The notes under the pieces: generated by a model
Database searches by the model: none
What the model saw: only the letters and a program-made list of their open reading frames with translations
Told to the model about the DNA's origin: nothing
NCBI GenBank assembly: GCA_016699385.1
Contig: CP064974.1
Span: forward strand, 195,242 to 259,241
DNA length: 64,000 nt
Origin: Candidatus Moraniibacteriota bacterium
Lineage (GTDB): Bacteria > Patescibacteriota > Minisyncoccia > Moranbacterales > UBA1568
Reading direction: 5' to 3'
Shown: positions 37,959 to 48,564 of the stretch, piece by piece
Position numbering within the stretch: the first letter of the stretch is position 1
Layout: the number at the start of each line of letters is the position of its first letter
Made by a program: the position numbers and the translations under genes

Positions 37959-38660
37959 ATGTCTCGAAAAAACTGCTTTTTGGCGGTGCTCAATCTTCTG
38001 CTTGCGGGGTCGTTTTCAATGCTCGCAGCACGGATGTTTGTGGCGATGACGGATGGTTACTTTTTTCTTCTCTGGAATTTGTTCTTGGCGGTGATACCAT
38101 ATGCGTTCGCTGTAGCATTTGAACGAATTGCTCGGAAGAGTGTTTCCATGACGTGGAGTGCGTGGGTCGTGTTTTTTCTCTGGCTCTTTTTCTTTCCAAA
38201 CGCGCCATATATCGTGACGGATTTCGTGCATTTGCCATGGGAATATATGTGGTCACGGAATTTTATCTACGATTTTTCACTCATTGCTGTGTTTGCGGTG
38301 ACGGGATTGCTCTTGGGAATGGGGGCACTCTTTCGGGTGCATCGTGTGCTTCGGCGGATGATTGGTGATATGTGGGCAGGTTTCATGATAGTCTCGGTGA
38401 TTTTTCTTTCGGGCGTAGGGATGTATCTTGGGCGGTTTCTTCGGTGGAACAGTTGGGATGCATTTCTCAATCCTCTCGAGATGCTTCGTGATACCGTTTC
38501 GCACTATGGCGATCCGGTATGGTTTGGTCGTGCCGTCACGCTTTCGTGTTTTTTTGCGATATTTATCGGGCTGTCGTATCTCCTCTTTGTAGCTGCATAC
38601 TGGCTTCTCGGGTTGCGAGAGAATCGTGCTCGCGAGTGTGTTGGCAGAAACGATGAATAA
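37959..38660 (+). CDS. DUF1361-like polytopic membrane protein
   Basis: Multiple TM helices and motif NAPYIVTDFVHL; start chosen at MSRKNCF to avoid overlap with the convergent PPIase gene. Confidence 0.55.
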   Translation: MSRKNCFLAVLNLLLAGSFSMLAARMFVAMTDGYFFLLWNLFLAVIPYAFAVAFERIARKSVSMTWSAWVVFFLWLFFFPNAPYIVTDFVHLPWEYMWSRNFIYDFSLIAVFAVTGLLLGMGALFRVHRVLRRMIGDMWAGFMIVSVIFLSGVGMYLGRFLRWNSWDAFLNPLEMLRDTVSHYGDPVWFGRAVTLSCFFAIFIGLSYLLFVAAYWLLGLRENRARECVGRNDE

Positions 38661-38663
38661 ACA

Positions 38664-39815
38664 CTATTCATCCGTATCCTCGGCAAGGGTTTTCTTGACA
38701 CGGAGTGTGGTGGTTTCTTTTCCGATTGTTTTCGCTTCAGACTCTATTGCCGTGCGTGTTTCGAGTGGAAGTGAGGCGAGTGTTTTCTTGACGAGTGTCT
38801 GATTGACAGCAAGGACGCTTTCCCACTTGCCAAGCGGCTCGAGGTAATCGCGAAGTTTGTTGGCATCGTAGTCATATTTCTGCGTTCGTGCTCGCTCGAT
38901 GATTCCGGCATCACCGAAAAGCCGTTCAACATCTTCGGCGTCCATATATTCCAGTATGGTCGCCTGGAGTTTCATGAGCTTTTGTTTGTCGAGCTCAATC
39001 GCACGTTTGGTGGCGAGGTAGTCATTGACGGCTTGTTCTTTTTCCTCGGTGGTTGCGGTGCGGAGCTCACGGAATTTGTGTTTCCACATGGGGCAGATCT
39101 TCTGAAAGCCGCACCAATCGCAAAGGGGATTTACACGCGGCTCAAAGTGCCCGGCTTCTATTTCTTGGATTGTCTCCAAGAAAATATCGTCAACTTTTTG
39201 GAGGTCTCCTGCGGTTCTTGTTGAGGAAAGTTTTACGCCGTGCTTGAGAAAATAGAGGCTTACCGTGAGACTTTCCAGATGCTCAGCCTCTTTTGGATAG
39301 CGGGCGAGGAATGCTTTGGCATAGACGGAGAGTTGGAGATTGTGATCGACGTCCGCTTGGGAGGGCATCTTGCGTCCGGTTTTGTAGTCGATGATTTCGT
39401 AACCGGTCGGTGTCTTGTCGATGCGATCGATGATGCCCTTTATGGTATGTGTCGTGCCAGTTGAGTCGGCAATCTCTATTTGAAACGGACTTTCGAGCGC
39501 GATGATGGCGAAGTCTTTTGGGTCATTGTGTTCGGCGTAGCGTCGGATTATATCGACGCCAGCGGAGAAAGCGGCGCGCTCCTCATCTGGGTTATCATAG
39601 ACCGCGTCATTCCAGTTTTTGGAGAAATGATTGAGCGCGTCTTCGAGCGAAGGCGGGAGAAGTGCTGGCTCATGGAAAAATTTCAGCGTTGAATGAACGA
39701 GTGTTCCAAAGACTGCTTCTTTCGACTTCGGCTCTCTCAGCCGGTTGATTTCCTTGAATTTGTACTTCAGCGGGCACGTCTGATACGTGCCGAGAGATGA
39801 GTAGGAGAGGCGCAT
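38664..39815 (-). CDS. PD-(D/E)XK nuclease superfamily protein (RecB/Cas4-like nuclease domain with C-terminal Cys cluster)
   Basis: IIDYKTG (D...E/DxK context) and C-terminal CDWCGFQKICP cysteines, typical of RecB-family nucleases with an Fe-S/zinc finger. Confidence 0.7.
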   Translation of the reverse strand: MRLSYSSLGTYQTCPLKYKFKEINRLREPKSKEAVFGTLVHSTLKFFHEPALLPPSLEDALNHFSKNWNDAVYDNPDEERAAFSAGVDIIRRYAEHNDPKDFAIIALESPFQIEIADSTGTTHTIKGIIDRIDKTPTGYEIIDYKTGRKMPSQADVDHNLQLSVYAKAFLARYPKEAEHLESLTVSLYFLKHGVKLSSTRTAGDLQKVDDIFLETIQEIEAGHFEPRVNPLCDWCGFQKICPMWKHKFRELRTATTEEKEQAVNDYLATKRAIELDKQKLMKLQATILEYMDAEDVERLFGDAGIIERARTQKYDYDANKLRDYLEPLGKWESVLAVNQTLVKKTLASLPLETRTAIESEAKTIGKETTTLRVKKTLAEDTDE

Positions 39816-39867
39816 AAAGGGTTTTGTTAACTGTCAGCTGTTAGCCCGAGAACTATTGCTGTCCACA

Positions 39868-39923
39868 CTGTAGCAAGAAAAAAAGAAAAGAAAAACCGGT
39901 CTGCATATGCGAATGAGACCGGT
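39868..39923 (-). terminator. Intrinsic terminator for the minus strand (8-bp stem ACCGGTCT/AGACCGGT, then long U-run)
   Basis: Seen directly downstream of the 39995-40360 gene. Confidence 0.6.
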
Positions 39924-39994
39924 GGTTGGAGTGGTTTGTCCGAAAACCATAGTTTTCGAATTTTTGTTCAGGTTCTTGAGCGGTGGTCGCGACA

Positions 39995-40360
39995 CTAGCT
40001 TGGAACGACCGTATCTTGATTGGCCAACCTGATAATGCTGTTGGCTATACAGCGGACAATGTGAGTGTTTCTTTCTGCGGCTCGAGGAGGCCAGTAGTCC
40101 TCTGTATTTAGCGCTTCCGCCTCTTTTGCTTTAAGGAGAGAAAGGATTGCTGGATCACGATTTTTTATTTTTTCCTCGATATCTCCCAATGCGCCGAGAT
40201 ATCCTATGCCGATATTACTTTTGGTAAGAACATGCTCCGAGATGTGTTGTTGGAGCAGGGTGAGCGCCATCGGAAGAATTCTATGATCGCCTGCTGAGAG
40301 CTCTATCGTCTTTGTGACCGAAGAACTTATGTGGTATATGAGGGGTATTCTCTTGGACAC
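39995..40360 (-). CDS. Hypothetical protein, possible HEPN-like fold (R-x6-H: RAAERNTH), GTG start
   Basis: 121-aa ORF with its own terminator, in an AT-rich spacer; the motif assignment is weak. Confidence 0.3.
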   Translation of the reverse strand: MSKRIPLIYHISSSVTKTIELSAGDHRILPMALTLLQQHISEHVLTKSNIGIGYLGALGDIEEKIKNRDPAILSLLKAKEAEALNTEDYWPPRAAERNTHIVRCIANSIIRLANQDTVVPS

Positions 40361-40440
40361 TTCAGCTCTCCTATTTGCATGGTTTTGGACTGGGTTGTGA
40401 AAGAATTGATTTCCTGCTACAGTAGCGAGAAACTTACTTT

Positions 40441-42468
40441 ATGTCAAGAGAAAACAATACCTTTCGTCTCGTGGCGCCGTATGTTCCGGCAGGGGATCAG
40501 CCGAAGGCGATAGCGTCGCTTGTTTCGGGGTTGCGAGCGGGAATGAATCGGCAGACCCTCTTGGGGGTGACGGGATCAGGGAAGACCTTCACGATGGCAA
40601 ATGTGATTCAGCAGATAGGGAAGCCGGCTCTGGTCATCGCACACAACAAGACGCTTGCTGCACAGCTTGCTCAGGAATATCAGGGGTTTTTCCCCGATGC
40701 GGCGGTGCACTATTTCGTCTCGTACTACGACTTCTATCAGCCGGAGGCATATATTCCCGCAAGCGATACGTATATTGAGAAAGACGCCGCAATCAATGTG
40801 GAGATCGAGCGGTTGCGGCATGCGTCGACGCAGGCGCTCCTCACGCGTCGCGACACGATTATCGTCGCGTCGGTGTCGTGCATCTATGGCTTGGGGTCGC
40901 CGGAAGAATACGAACGCGAGAATATGCGGGTCGAACTCGGCATGCCGTGTTCGCGTGCGGAATTTCTTCGGGCGCTTATCGGTCGGCATTTCGAGCGGAC
41001 GAATGTCGATCTCTCGCCAGGCACATTTCGTGCGATGGGAAATCGAATCGAGGTGATGCCGGTGCAAGAGAAAGCCATCTTCGAAATCGAGCTCTCGGGA
41101 AATGCAATCGGGCGAATTCGGAAAATAGACCCCGTGTCGCAAACCATTCTCGAAGAGCCAAGCAATTTTTTTCTTTTCCCGGCAAAGCATTTCGTGACGA
41201 CAGAAGAAGAGCAGAAAAAATCACTCGTTTCCATTCGGACTGAGCTGGAGGAACAGCTCAAAAAAATGACGGACGCCGGGAAACTTCTTGAAGCAGATCG
41301 ACTCAAACGCCGGACAAACTATGACCTCTCGATGATTGAGGAAATCGGCTATACCAATGGTATTGAGAATTATTCGCGGCACCTTTCGGGGAAGGCGCCC
41401 GGCGAGCCGCCTGAGACGCTGCTCTCGTATTTCCCGAAGACTCCTGATGGGCAGTCGGACTTCCTCACTATTATTGATGAATCGCACGTCACACTTCCAC
41501 AAATTCGTGGCATGTATGCGGGTGACCAGTCACGCAAGAAGACGCTTGTCGAGCACGGCTTTCGACTTCCGTCCGCGCTCGACAATCGTCCGCTTCGTGG
41601 CGAAGAATTTGAGGCGCGTGTCGGGCAGACTCTTTTTACGTCCGCGACGCCGGGCGATGAAGAACGGCGAACGAGCAAGAATATCGTCGAGCAAGTGATA
41701 CGCCCGACGGGACTCGTCGATCCTCTGCTGATAATTCAGCCCGTTCGCGCTGATGGAGAATATGCCGGACAGATCCAAAATTTCATCGCCGAAGCGGAGA
41801 AAGAAATCGCCAAAGATGGCAGAGTTATTGCAACGACACTGACCAAGAAGATGGCGGAAGACCTCTCGACATTTCTCAAGGAGAAGAACATCAAGGCAGA
41901 ATATTTGCACAGCGATGTGAAGACAATCGATCGGATTCGCATTCTCACTAATTTTCGCAAGGGAAATTTCGACTGTCTTGTTGGTGTGAACTTGCTGCGC
42001 GAAGGGCTTGATCTTCCCGAGGTGACATTTATCGGCATTTTGGACGCGGACAAAGAAGGATTCTTGCGATCGGAAACCGCGCTTATTCAGACAATCGGAC
42101 GCGCGGCGCGAAATGTTTCGGGGCGCGTCGCACTCTATGCGGATAGAGTGACTGGTTCACTCAAGCGCGCAATCGACGAGACGAATCGCCGTCGTGATAT
42201 TCAGCTCGCGTACAATGTCAAGCACAACATTACGCCGATCACTATCCGCAAGGAAATTCACGACATTACCGATAAGATGGAAAGTGATCACGATCGCGCC
42301 GTCCGCGCCGATCTCGCGCTCGATGAAAAAGTATTTGGTAATGACAAAAAGAAACTCATTCGCCGAAAGAAGAGCGAGATGAATGAAGCCGTGAAAGTTC
42401 TCGACTTCGAAACCGCCGCTCTCTTGCGCGACGAGATACAGGAATTAGAAGGACTTGAAAAGAAGTAA
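40441..42468 (+). CDS. uvrB: Excinuclease ABC subunit B
   Basis: LLGVTGSGKTFTMANVI Walker A, helicase motifs, C-terminal UvrB/UvrC interaction region; 675 aa. Confidence 0.95.
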   Translation: MSRENNTFRLVAPYVPAGDQPKAIASLVSGLRAGMNRQTLLGVTGSGKTFTMANVIQQIGKPALVIAHNKTLAAQLAQEYQGFFPDAAVHYFVSYYDFYQPEAYIPASDTYIEKDAAINVEIERLRHASTQALLTRRDTIIVASVSCIYGLGSPEEYERENMRVELGMPCSRAEFLRALIGRHFERTNVDLSPGTFRAMGNRIEVMPVQEKAIFEIELSGNAIGRIRKIDPVSQTILEEPSNFFLFPAKHFVTTEEEQKKSLVSIRTELEEQLKKMTDAGKLLEADRLKRRTNYDLSMIEEIGYTNGIENYSRHLSGKAPGEPPETLLSYFPKTPDGQSDFLTIIDESHVTLPQIRGMYAGDQSRKKTLVEHGFRLPSALDNRPLRGEEFEARVGQTLFTSATPGDEERRTSKNIVEQVIRPTGLVDPLLIIQPVRADGEYAGQIQNFIAEAEKEIAKDGRVIATTLTKKMAEDLSTFLKEKNIKAEYLHSDVKTIDRIRILTNFRKGNFDCLVGVNLLREGLDLPEVTFIGILDADKEGFLRSETALIQTIGRAARNVSGRVALYADRVTGSLKRAIDETNRRRDIQLAYNVKHNITPITIRKEIHDITDKMESDHDRAVRADLALDEKVFGNDKKKLIRRKKSEMNEAVKVLDFETAALLRDEIQELEGLEKK

Positions 42469-42526
42469 AGGCGCGCGTATGCTCCAGAGTCGGACTTCGA
42501 CGGTAGTGTAACAAGAGGGGAATGAG

Positions 42527-42892
42527 ATGAATGCGGAAAAAATCGTGATGAACGTACAGAGATATGTCGGTAGATTGGAAGAAGCAATACTCGTGATGTT
42601 GTTGAGTAGGGGAGTTGGTGAATGGGTGAATGTAGGACGAATATCGAAGCATCTTCAAGACACGATGGGTATACGCGCCACGATTGGCTCGGTGCATTCG
42701 ACACTTGCGCGGTTGGAAATGAAAAGTTTAGTGAAGACGCGGCTTGAATCCATGCAAGAATACTCTGGGAGGCGGTTGAAAAAGCCGACAGGACGCCGAC
42801 GCAAGATGATTCAAATCACCCCAGCTGGCAGGAACATGACGATACTTGTACGCGAATGTACAGATCGTATCTGGGGTTCTCAAGAAGATTGA
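42527..42892 (+). CDS. PadR-like winged-helix transcriptional regulator
   Basis: EEAILVMLLSRGVGEWVNVGRISKHL...GSVHSTLARLEMKSLVKTR pattern resembles PadR. Confidence 0.5.
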   Translation: MNAEKIVMNVQRYVGRLEEAILVMLLSRGVGEWVNVGRISKHLQDTMGIRATIGSVHSTLARLEMKSLVKTRLESMQEYSGRRLKKPTGRRRKMIQITPAGRNMTILVRECTDRIWGSQED

Positions 42893-42912
42893 AACGTGGG
42901 GAATAAAAACAT

Positions 42913-42950
42913 GACGGCTGTTCTATCTTTGAACAGCCGTCTTTTTTCTC
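42913..42950 (+). terminator. Intrinsic terminator (11-bp perfect stem GACGGCTGTTC/GAACAGCCGTC plus TTTTTT)
   Basis: Seen directly downstream of the PadR-like gene. Confidence 0.8.
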
Positions 42951-43009
42951 GAGAGTTTCAAAAGTTATGCCGATAGTGTTGTGCTGCCGGCGATCTGAAT
43001 ATTTCGAAA

Positions 43010-43450
43010 TTATATCCCCCAAACGGCGAAGAAGAGGAGGGTGAGCAGGATTCCGACTAGGGCGCCGACAGCGACTTCTTCGGGTTTGTGTCCGACACGC
43101 TCTTTGAGGCGAGGGAAATTTGATTCGTCGAGTTTGAGCTCTTTGGTGAGATTGTTGAGATAGCGTGCATGCTCGCCCATGTAGACGCGCAGACGAAGTG
43201 CGTCGAAGACAACGATGATGGCGAGCGTGAGCGCGATGGCAAATGATGTCTTGGTGAAGCCATCGATGAGGGCGACGGTTGTCACGAGGGAAGAGACGAA
43301 CGCCGTGTGCGCGCTCGGCATGTGTCCATAGGCTATCGAGTAGCGCAGATCCCAGCCGTGTTTGCGACAGTAATTGGCAAACTTGATACCCTCAGTGATG
43401 ATGCCGACGAGAATCGGAATTAGGAAGAGCATAATTTCGTTTCGAATCAT
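43010..43450 (-). CDS. Divergent PAP2 family membrane protein (DUF212-like)
   Basis: Motif AYGHMPSAHTAFVSSL resembles the GGMPSSHSA signature; 4 TM segments. Confidence 0.7.
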   Translation of the reverse strand: MIRNEIMLFLIPILVGIITEGIKFANYCRKHGWDLRYSIAYGHMPSAHTAFVSSLVTTVALIDGFTKTSFAIALTLAIIVVFDALRLRVYMGEHARYLNNLTKELKLDESNFPRLKERVGHKPEEVAVGALVGILLTLLFFAVWGI

Positions 43451-43486
43451 AAGAAGAAAAATAAAGAATGAAAAATAATTAAGTAA

Positions 43487-44197
43487 TCAGTCTTTCTTAT
43501 ACCACTTCGGTTCCAAAGGAGTATCTCGTCCTTTGCTTTGCGATTTGTACCAAATTCCTACTGATCCGCCAATCATATTGAACATTGTATCGAGATATTC
43601 TTCTACATTCCCACCTTCTTTTCGCTTTCCATTGAGGAATTGCAAGTTAAATCCGGCTATGTATGCTTCGTATTCCATTAGCTCTATAGGCATTCCTGAA
43701 CTCTGATTTTCTTGAAAGGCATGGATGAGTTCATGTTCAAATGTACCTAAGTTCTTTGAATAGGTCTCGAGGTCGTTTCTGTTGATATCTATACCAATTT
43801 TGTTTGACTCTGGAAGAAAGACTCCACCTGCCGCATGGTTTTCAGCGAAAAATTTTCCACATTCGCTTTTGGATCGTATGGCAACGTTGGAATTTTTTGC
43901 CATTTCTCGGAGCATTTTTTCATATTCACTTGGCTGATCAAACCGCATATCCCTTTGCGGTAAACGGTATTTGGATCGAATAATATTTTGATCTTGAATA
44001 AGGCGATCTAAAAAAGTCGGATCATTCAGTTTTAGCCCGGTTATATGCTCGGCAAGCTGATGACTGAATTTTTCTGGACTTTTTTCTTTAGATACTTCTT
44101 GTGGTAGCGTGTTTTCTTCTCTGCTCTCCTTTGGTGGTGTCGGGTTTTCGAATCGATTCATAGAATTACCTCTTTTTAAGTACCAATCAATAAACAT
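43487..44197 (-). CDS. Hypothetical protein with HExxH motif (possible zinc metallopeptidase-like)
   Basis: FEHELIHAFQ (HExxH) in a 236-aa ORF; no other recognisable domain. Confidence 0.45.
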   Translation of the reverse strand: MFIDWYLKRGNSMNRFENPTPPKESREENTLPQEVSKEKSPEKFSHQLAEHITGLKLNDPTFLDRLIQDQNIIRSKYRLPQRDMRFDQPSEYEKMLREMAKNSNVAIRSKSECGKFFAENHAAGGVFLPESNKIGIDINRNDLETYSKNLGTFEHELIHAFQENQSSGMPIELMEYEAYIAGFNLQFLNGKRKEGGNVEEYLDTMFNMIGGSVGIWYKSQSKGRDTPLEPKWYKKD

Positions 44198-44370
44198 ATT
44201 CTTCTTGTTTGTTGATTATACTAATTATACAACGCTTGTTCTTTTTTTGATATTATACTGCTTTTCATTGGGGGATTTTTGTGTTAGTGTTGAGGTGTTG
44301 GGAATAAGTATTTTGCTTTAACGAAGACGATTTTCTTCGGAATTTCCGGAGGTGGTCGGCTCGCACGTCT

Positions 44371-44922
44371 ATGGCGATTTATATTTTGCTTGGAATAGTG
44401 GTCGTTCTTGTGGTGTGGGGAGTAGCGGCATACAATGGCTTGGTTATGTTCAAGAATCGCGCTGGAGAAGCGTGGAGCGATATCGATGTTCAGCTCAAAC
44501 GTCGCTATGATCTCATCCCAAATCTGGTAAGTACAGTGAAAGGCTATGCTGCACATGAGTCCGGTGTTTTCCAGAAGGTGACCGAGGCGCGGAGTCAGGC
44601 AATGCAAGCAGGTGGCACAGTGGAGAAAGCGCAGGCGGAGAATATGCTCTCGGGTGCCCTGAAGAGTCTCTTTGCGGTTGCAGAAGCGTACCCCGATCTC
44701 AAAGCGAATCAGAATTTCCTCGAGCTTCAGCGCGAGCTCTCCGATACGGAAAACAAGATTCAGGCATCACGTCGCTTCTACAATGGTGTCGTGATGGAGT
44801 ACAACACGAAGATAGAAACCGTTCCGACAAATATCATTGCTAACATGTTCACCTTTACCAAGCGCGAATTCTTCGAACTCGAAGAAGAAGCAGCAAAGCA
44901 ACCGGTGAAAGTGGAATTTTAG
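44371..44922 (+). CDS. lemA: LemA family protein
   Basis: N-terminal TM and conserved LemA core ([20 protein letters not shown]...[10 protein letters not shown]). Confidence 0.85.
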   Translation: MAIYILLGIVVVLVVWGVAAYNGLVMFKNRAGEAWSDIDVQLKRRYDLIPNLVSTVKGYAAHESGVFQKVTEARSQAMQAGGTVEKAQAENMLSGALKSLFAVAEAYPDLKANQNFLELQRELSDTENKIQASRRFYNGVVMEYNTKIETVPTNIIANMFTFTKREFFELEEEAAKQPVKVEF

Positions 44923-44931
44923 TATTTCTGT

Positions 44932-45822
44932 ATGGCAACTCTGTATACGAGTTATGACAAGAACACTCGATTGACCTGGGCTTATATCACGGGGTTTTTG
45001 GTGTTTGTGATTGGGGTGGGGTATGTGTTTGCGGGCGCGATGCAGTCGAGTGCGATTCTCTACGGGGCGGTGATTTTCTCAATCATTATGAGCTTTGGCT
45101 CCTATTGGTGGAGTGACAAGATCGTGCTCGCGATGAGCGGCGCCAAGGAAGTGACGCATGAGAATGGTCGCGAGATTTATCGTCTCGTTGAAAACCTCTG
45201 CATCACAGCGGGGTTGCCGACGCCCAAGATTTATATTATCGAAGATTCTGCGATGAACGCTTTTGCGACAGGACGCGATGCGAAGCACGGCGTGATTTGT
45301 CTCACAACAGGTATTATCAACCGGCTTGAGAAAATAGAGCTTGAGGGAGTGATTGCACATGAATTGTCGCATATCGGGAATCGTGATATTTTGCTCTCGA
45401 CGGTGGTTGTGGTGATGGTGGGATTTGTGACACTTCTCGCGGATTGGTTTCGTAACTGGGCGTTTTTCGGTCGGCGAAGCGATGATCGTGAGAGCGGGCA
45501 ATTGCAATTTGTTTTTATGATTCTCGCCATCGTACTCTCTATTCTCGCGCCGATTGCTGCCGTGCTTATGCAGCTCGCCATTTCGCGAAAGAGGGAATTC
45601 TTGGCAGATGCGTCAGGTGCGCTTCTGACTCGTTATCCAGAAGGACTTGCGAGTGCCCTTTTGAAGATTTCGGGCGACACGGAGCCACTCGAAGCCGCGA
45701 ATCGCGCGACAGCTCATCTCTATATTGCCAACCCTTTTAAGGGTAAGAAGATGATGAATCTTTTCATGACACATCCGCCGATGGAAGAGCGGATTGCGGC
45801 ACTTCGTGGGATGAAACTCTAG
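44932..45822 (+). CDS. htpX: M48 family zinc metalloprotease HtpX-like
   Basis: HELSHIGNRD (HExxH) with flanking TM helices; classic LemA-HtpX gene pair. Confidence 0.85.
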   Translation: MATLYTSYDKNTRLTWAYITGFLVFVIGVGYVFAGAMQSSAILYGAVIFSIIMSFGSYWWSDKIVLAMSGAKEVTHENGREIYRLVENLCITAGLPTPKIYIIEDSAMNAFATGRDAKHGVICLTTGIINRLEKIELEGVIAHELSHIGNRDILLSTVVVVMVGFVTLLADWFRNWAFFGRRSDDRESGQLQFVFMILAIVLSILAPIAAVLMQLAISRKREFLADASGALLTRYPEGLASALLKISGDTEPLEAANRATAHLYIANPFKGKKMMNLFMTHPPMEERIAALRGMKL

Positions 45823-45886
45823 CGCGTATTGCGAGGTGGTGTATACTTCTAAGGTGAGACCTTCATAAATTTTTTAGACACACGAT

Positions 45887-46267
45887 ATGTCAGAAGAAAC
45901 ATCTGAGAAAAAGGAAGAGAATGCAAAAGCATGGGAAACCGTACATGAGGGTGCTGAGGCACCGAAGGTGGATAAGGATGTTGAGGAGAACAAGGTTGTC
46001 GCGGCGCTGAGTTATCTCGGACCCCTCTTTTTCATTCCGCTTTTTCTCAAACGTGAGAGCCCGTTTTGTCAGTTTCATGCAAAACAAGGGTTGGCGCTTT
46101 TCATTGTCTGGATAGTCGGGAAGTTTGTCTTTTGGTTCCCGATATTTGGGTGGGCGATCGCAATCGCAGTTGCGGTGCTCAATATTATGGCTTTAATAAA
46201 GACTCTTGCCGGGGAGAAGTGGGATATACCGCTTATTGGAGACCTTGCAAAGAAAATCAACATCTAG
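45887..46267 (+). CDS. DUF4870 domain small membrane protein
   Basis: AALSYLGPLFFIPLFLKRESPFCQFHAKQG matches the DUF4870 signature. Confidence 0.65.
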   Translation: MSEETSEKKEENAKAWETVHEGAEAPKVDKDVEENKVVAALSYLGPLFFIPLFLKRESPFCQFHAKQGLALFIVWIVGKFVFWFPIFGWAIAIAVAVLNIMALIKTLAGEKWDIPLIGDLAKKINI

Positions 46268-46443
46268 GATCCGTCTTCGCGCGTTGTGAGACATGGGTTT
46301 CTGCGAGAATTTTTGCTTGCTCGGGGAAGGAAAAAGGTGTGAAGCCTTTTTTCTTTTGCCTCTTGCCGATTTTCCTGATAGGATACTCCGGGTGGCATTT
46401 CGAATGAAATTTTTAGTGCGTTCTATCTCTCAATAAAACCTGT

Positions 46444-47874
46444 ATGAAAAAGAATACCAAGATCGTGGCGACGATTGGTCCGGCATCGGAGTCGAAGGAG
46501 AAATTGCGCGAGATGGCAGAGGCGGGCATGAATGTGGTGCGACTTAATTTTTCTCATGGCGAGTATGCTTGGCATGAGATGGTAATCAATCGCGTGCGTG
46601 AGGTGTCTGAAGAATTGAAGCGTCCGATTGCTATTCTTGCGGATATTCAGGGTCCGCGTATTCGGACTCAGATAGACGAACCGTTTCACGTTGCAAAGGG
46701 GGATGCAGTCTTTGTGGGAGATATTTCAAATGAGGCGGAATTTCCAAAGACGCGCGGGCATTGGTTCTTTCTTGACCAGCCGAATATTGTTCACGATATC
46801 AATGTCGACGATCTCATTTTGGTGGAAGACGGTCTCTTGCAGTTTCGCGTCATGAAGAAGGAGGGGAATGTTCTCGAACTTGAGGCGGTGAATGATGGTG
46901 AAGTGAAAAATCACAAAGGTGTAAATCTTCCCGACTCAAAACTTCAGCTCCCGGTTATTACTGAGAAGGATACGCGAGATCTTCATTTCGTTGTGGAGCA
47001 TGGTGTTGACTATGTCGGGCTCTCGTTTGTCGGGAATGCCGATGATATCCGCTTGGCACGCACAGTGATGGCGGAGGGCGGTCTTGCGGAATCGGCACTG
47101 CCCAAGATTGTGGCAAAGATTGAGCGAAAAGAAGCGGTCAAGAATCTCAGTGAAATCGTGCATGAAGCGGATGCGGTGATGGTGGCGCGCGGCGACCTCG
47201 GCATCGAGCTTCCCGAGACGCGCGTCGCTATTTTGCAGAAAGAAATCATTGCGGCGAGTCTCTCTGCTGTGCGACCGGTTATCGTGGCAACACAGATGAT
47301 GAAGTCTATGACTGAGAATCCTCGTCCGACGCGTGCCGAAGTGAGTGATGTCACCAATGCCGTCATCGATCATGCGGACGCCGTGATGCTCTCGGAAGAG
47401 TCGGCAATGGGGAAGTATCCCGTCGAGACGATTCGCACGATGAGTGAAATCATTGCCAGTACCGAAGAGTCGCCCTTCGACAATGTATATCAAACTATCG
47501 GCATGAATCTTCGTTCCGAATATGCGACCATGGTGCGGAGTGTCTACGAGCTTGCAAAGAGCTATGATGCCGAAATTATCCTCCTTATGAGCGAGAGCGG
47601 TTTTACGGCGCGACTCATGTCGCATTTCCGACCGGATTCGCGACTCTTCGTGGCGACGAATAATCAAAATGCATGGAATCGGATGGCACTCTTCTGGGGA
47701 GTTGACGCGACGCTTTTTGCGGATAATACTCAACTTGACGGCATCATCGATCGACTCATTGAGAAGCTTCTCGCCGAAGGCAAGGTCAAAAAAGGCGAGC
47801 GCGCCGTCCTCTGCCTCGGCCGCCACCGCAAGAGCGACCAGCTCCAGCTCGTCGGCGTACGAGAGATTGGGTAA
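46444..47874 (+). CDS. pyk: Pyruvate kinase
   Basis: KIVATIGPAS...NVVRLNFSHG and the canonical PK barrel/C-domain motifs. Confidence 0.9.
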   Translation: MKKNTKIVATIGPASESKEKLREMAEAGMNVVRLNFSHGEYAWHEMVINRVREVSEELKRPIAILADIQGPRIRTQIDEPFHVAKGDAVFVGDISNEAEFPKTRGHWFFLDQPNIVHDINVDDLILVEDGLLQFRVMKKEGNVLELEAVNDGEVKNHKGVNLPDSKLQLPVITEKDTRDLHFVVEHGVDYVGLSFVGNADDIRLARTVMAEGGLAESALPKIVAKIERKEAVKNLSEIVHEADAVMVARGDLGIELPETRVAILQKEIIAASLSAVRPVIVATQMMKSMTENPRPTRAEVSDVTNAVIDHADAVMLSEESAMGKYPVETIRTMSEIIASTEESPFDNVYQTIGMNLRSEYATMVRSVYELAKSYDAEIILLMSESGFTARLMSHFRPDSRLFVATNNQNAWNRMALFWGVDATLFADNTQLDGIIDRLIEKLLAEGKVKKGERAVLCLGRHRKSDQLQLVGVREIG

Positions 47875-47894
47875 CCATTCTTTTATAAGTTGCC

Positions 47895-48227
47895 ATGGAA
47901 ATGCGTGAATTGCTTGAGTTTACGGAACGGGTGGCAAGTGAGCTTTCCAAAAGGACGCCAAACTCGACATCGACAGAGCGAGCGTTTGCTCGTATGGTAA
48001 AGCTGACCGAAGAAGTTGGGGAGCTTGCTGATGAAGTGCTCGCTTCACAAGGTGATCAGCGGAAGGAGAAGCTTGAAGAAAAACGCGCTGAAGGTCTTGG
48101 GGATGAGATTGCCGATGTGCTTATCACAACACTCATACTCGCCGCTTCGCTCGAGGTGAATGTTCCAGAGGCGCTTGCAAGGAAAATCACAAAGATAGAG
48201 GCGCGATTTTACGGGAACATTCGATAG
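47895..48227 (+). CDS. MazG-like nucleotide pyrophosphohydrolase domain protein
   Basis: EEVGELADEV...LGDEIADVLI EExxE/D motifs. Confidence 0.75.
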   Translation: MEMRELLEFTERVASELSKRTPNSTSTERAFARMVKLTEEVGELADEVLASQGDQRKEKLEEKRAEGLGDEIADVLITTLILAASLEVNVPEALARKITKIEARFYGNIR

Positions 48228-48267
48228 AAGGATATGGTAGGTAAATTTCTCAATAATCTTCCATAAA

Positions 48268-48564
48268 TTGGTATCTATGCAAGAGAGAATACTGACACAG
48301 TGGAATACTCCCGATGGAGTTGTGGAAAGAGAATGTCAGGAAGACTTGAGAAAGCTTAAACAGCTGGAGGATAAACTGAATGAGCTGACTTTGGCGCTTT
48401 CTGGTATTCGGAGGCTCCTTCATCCTCGTGAGGCATTCAATGTGGAGCAGGCAATCAGAGCTCTTTACCCGAGATTAAAGGCGGCAAGGATTCGAATTGA
48501 ACAAGGAGGGAGTTCGCACGAAAGAAAACAAGACGATGAAGAAATTGAGGGAGGAGAAGTGTAA
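48268..48564 (+). CDS. Hypothetical protein
   Basis: ORF track only; helical, charged. Confidence 0.25.
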   Translation: MVSMQERILTQWNTPDGVVERECQEDLRKLKQLEDKLNELTLALSGIRRLLHPREAFNVEQAIRALYPRLKAARIRIEQGGSSHERKQDDEEIEGGEV

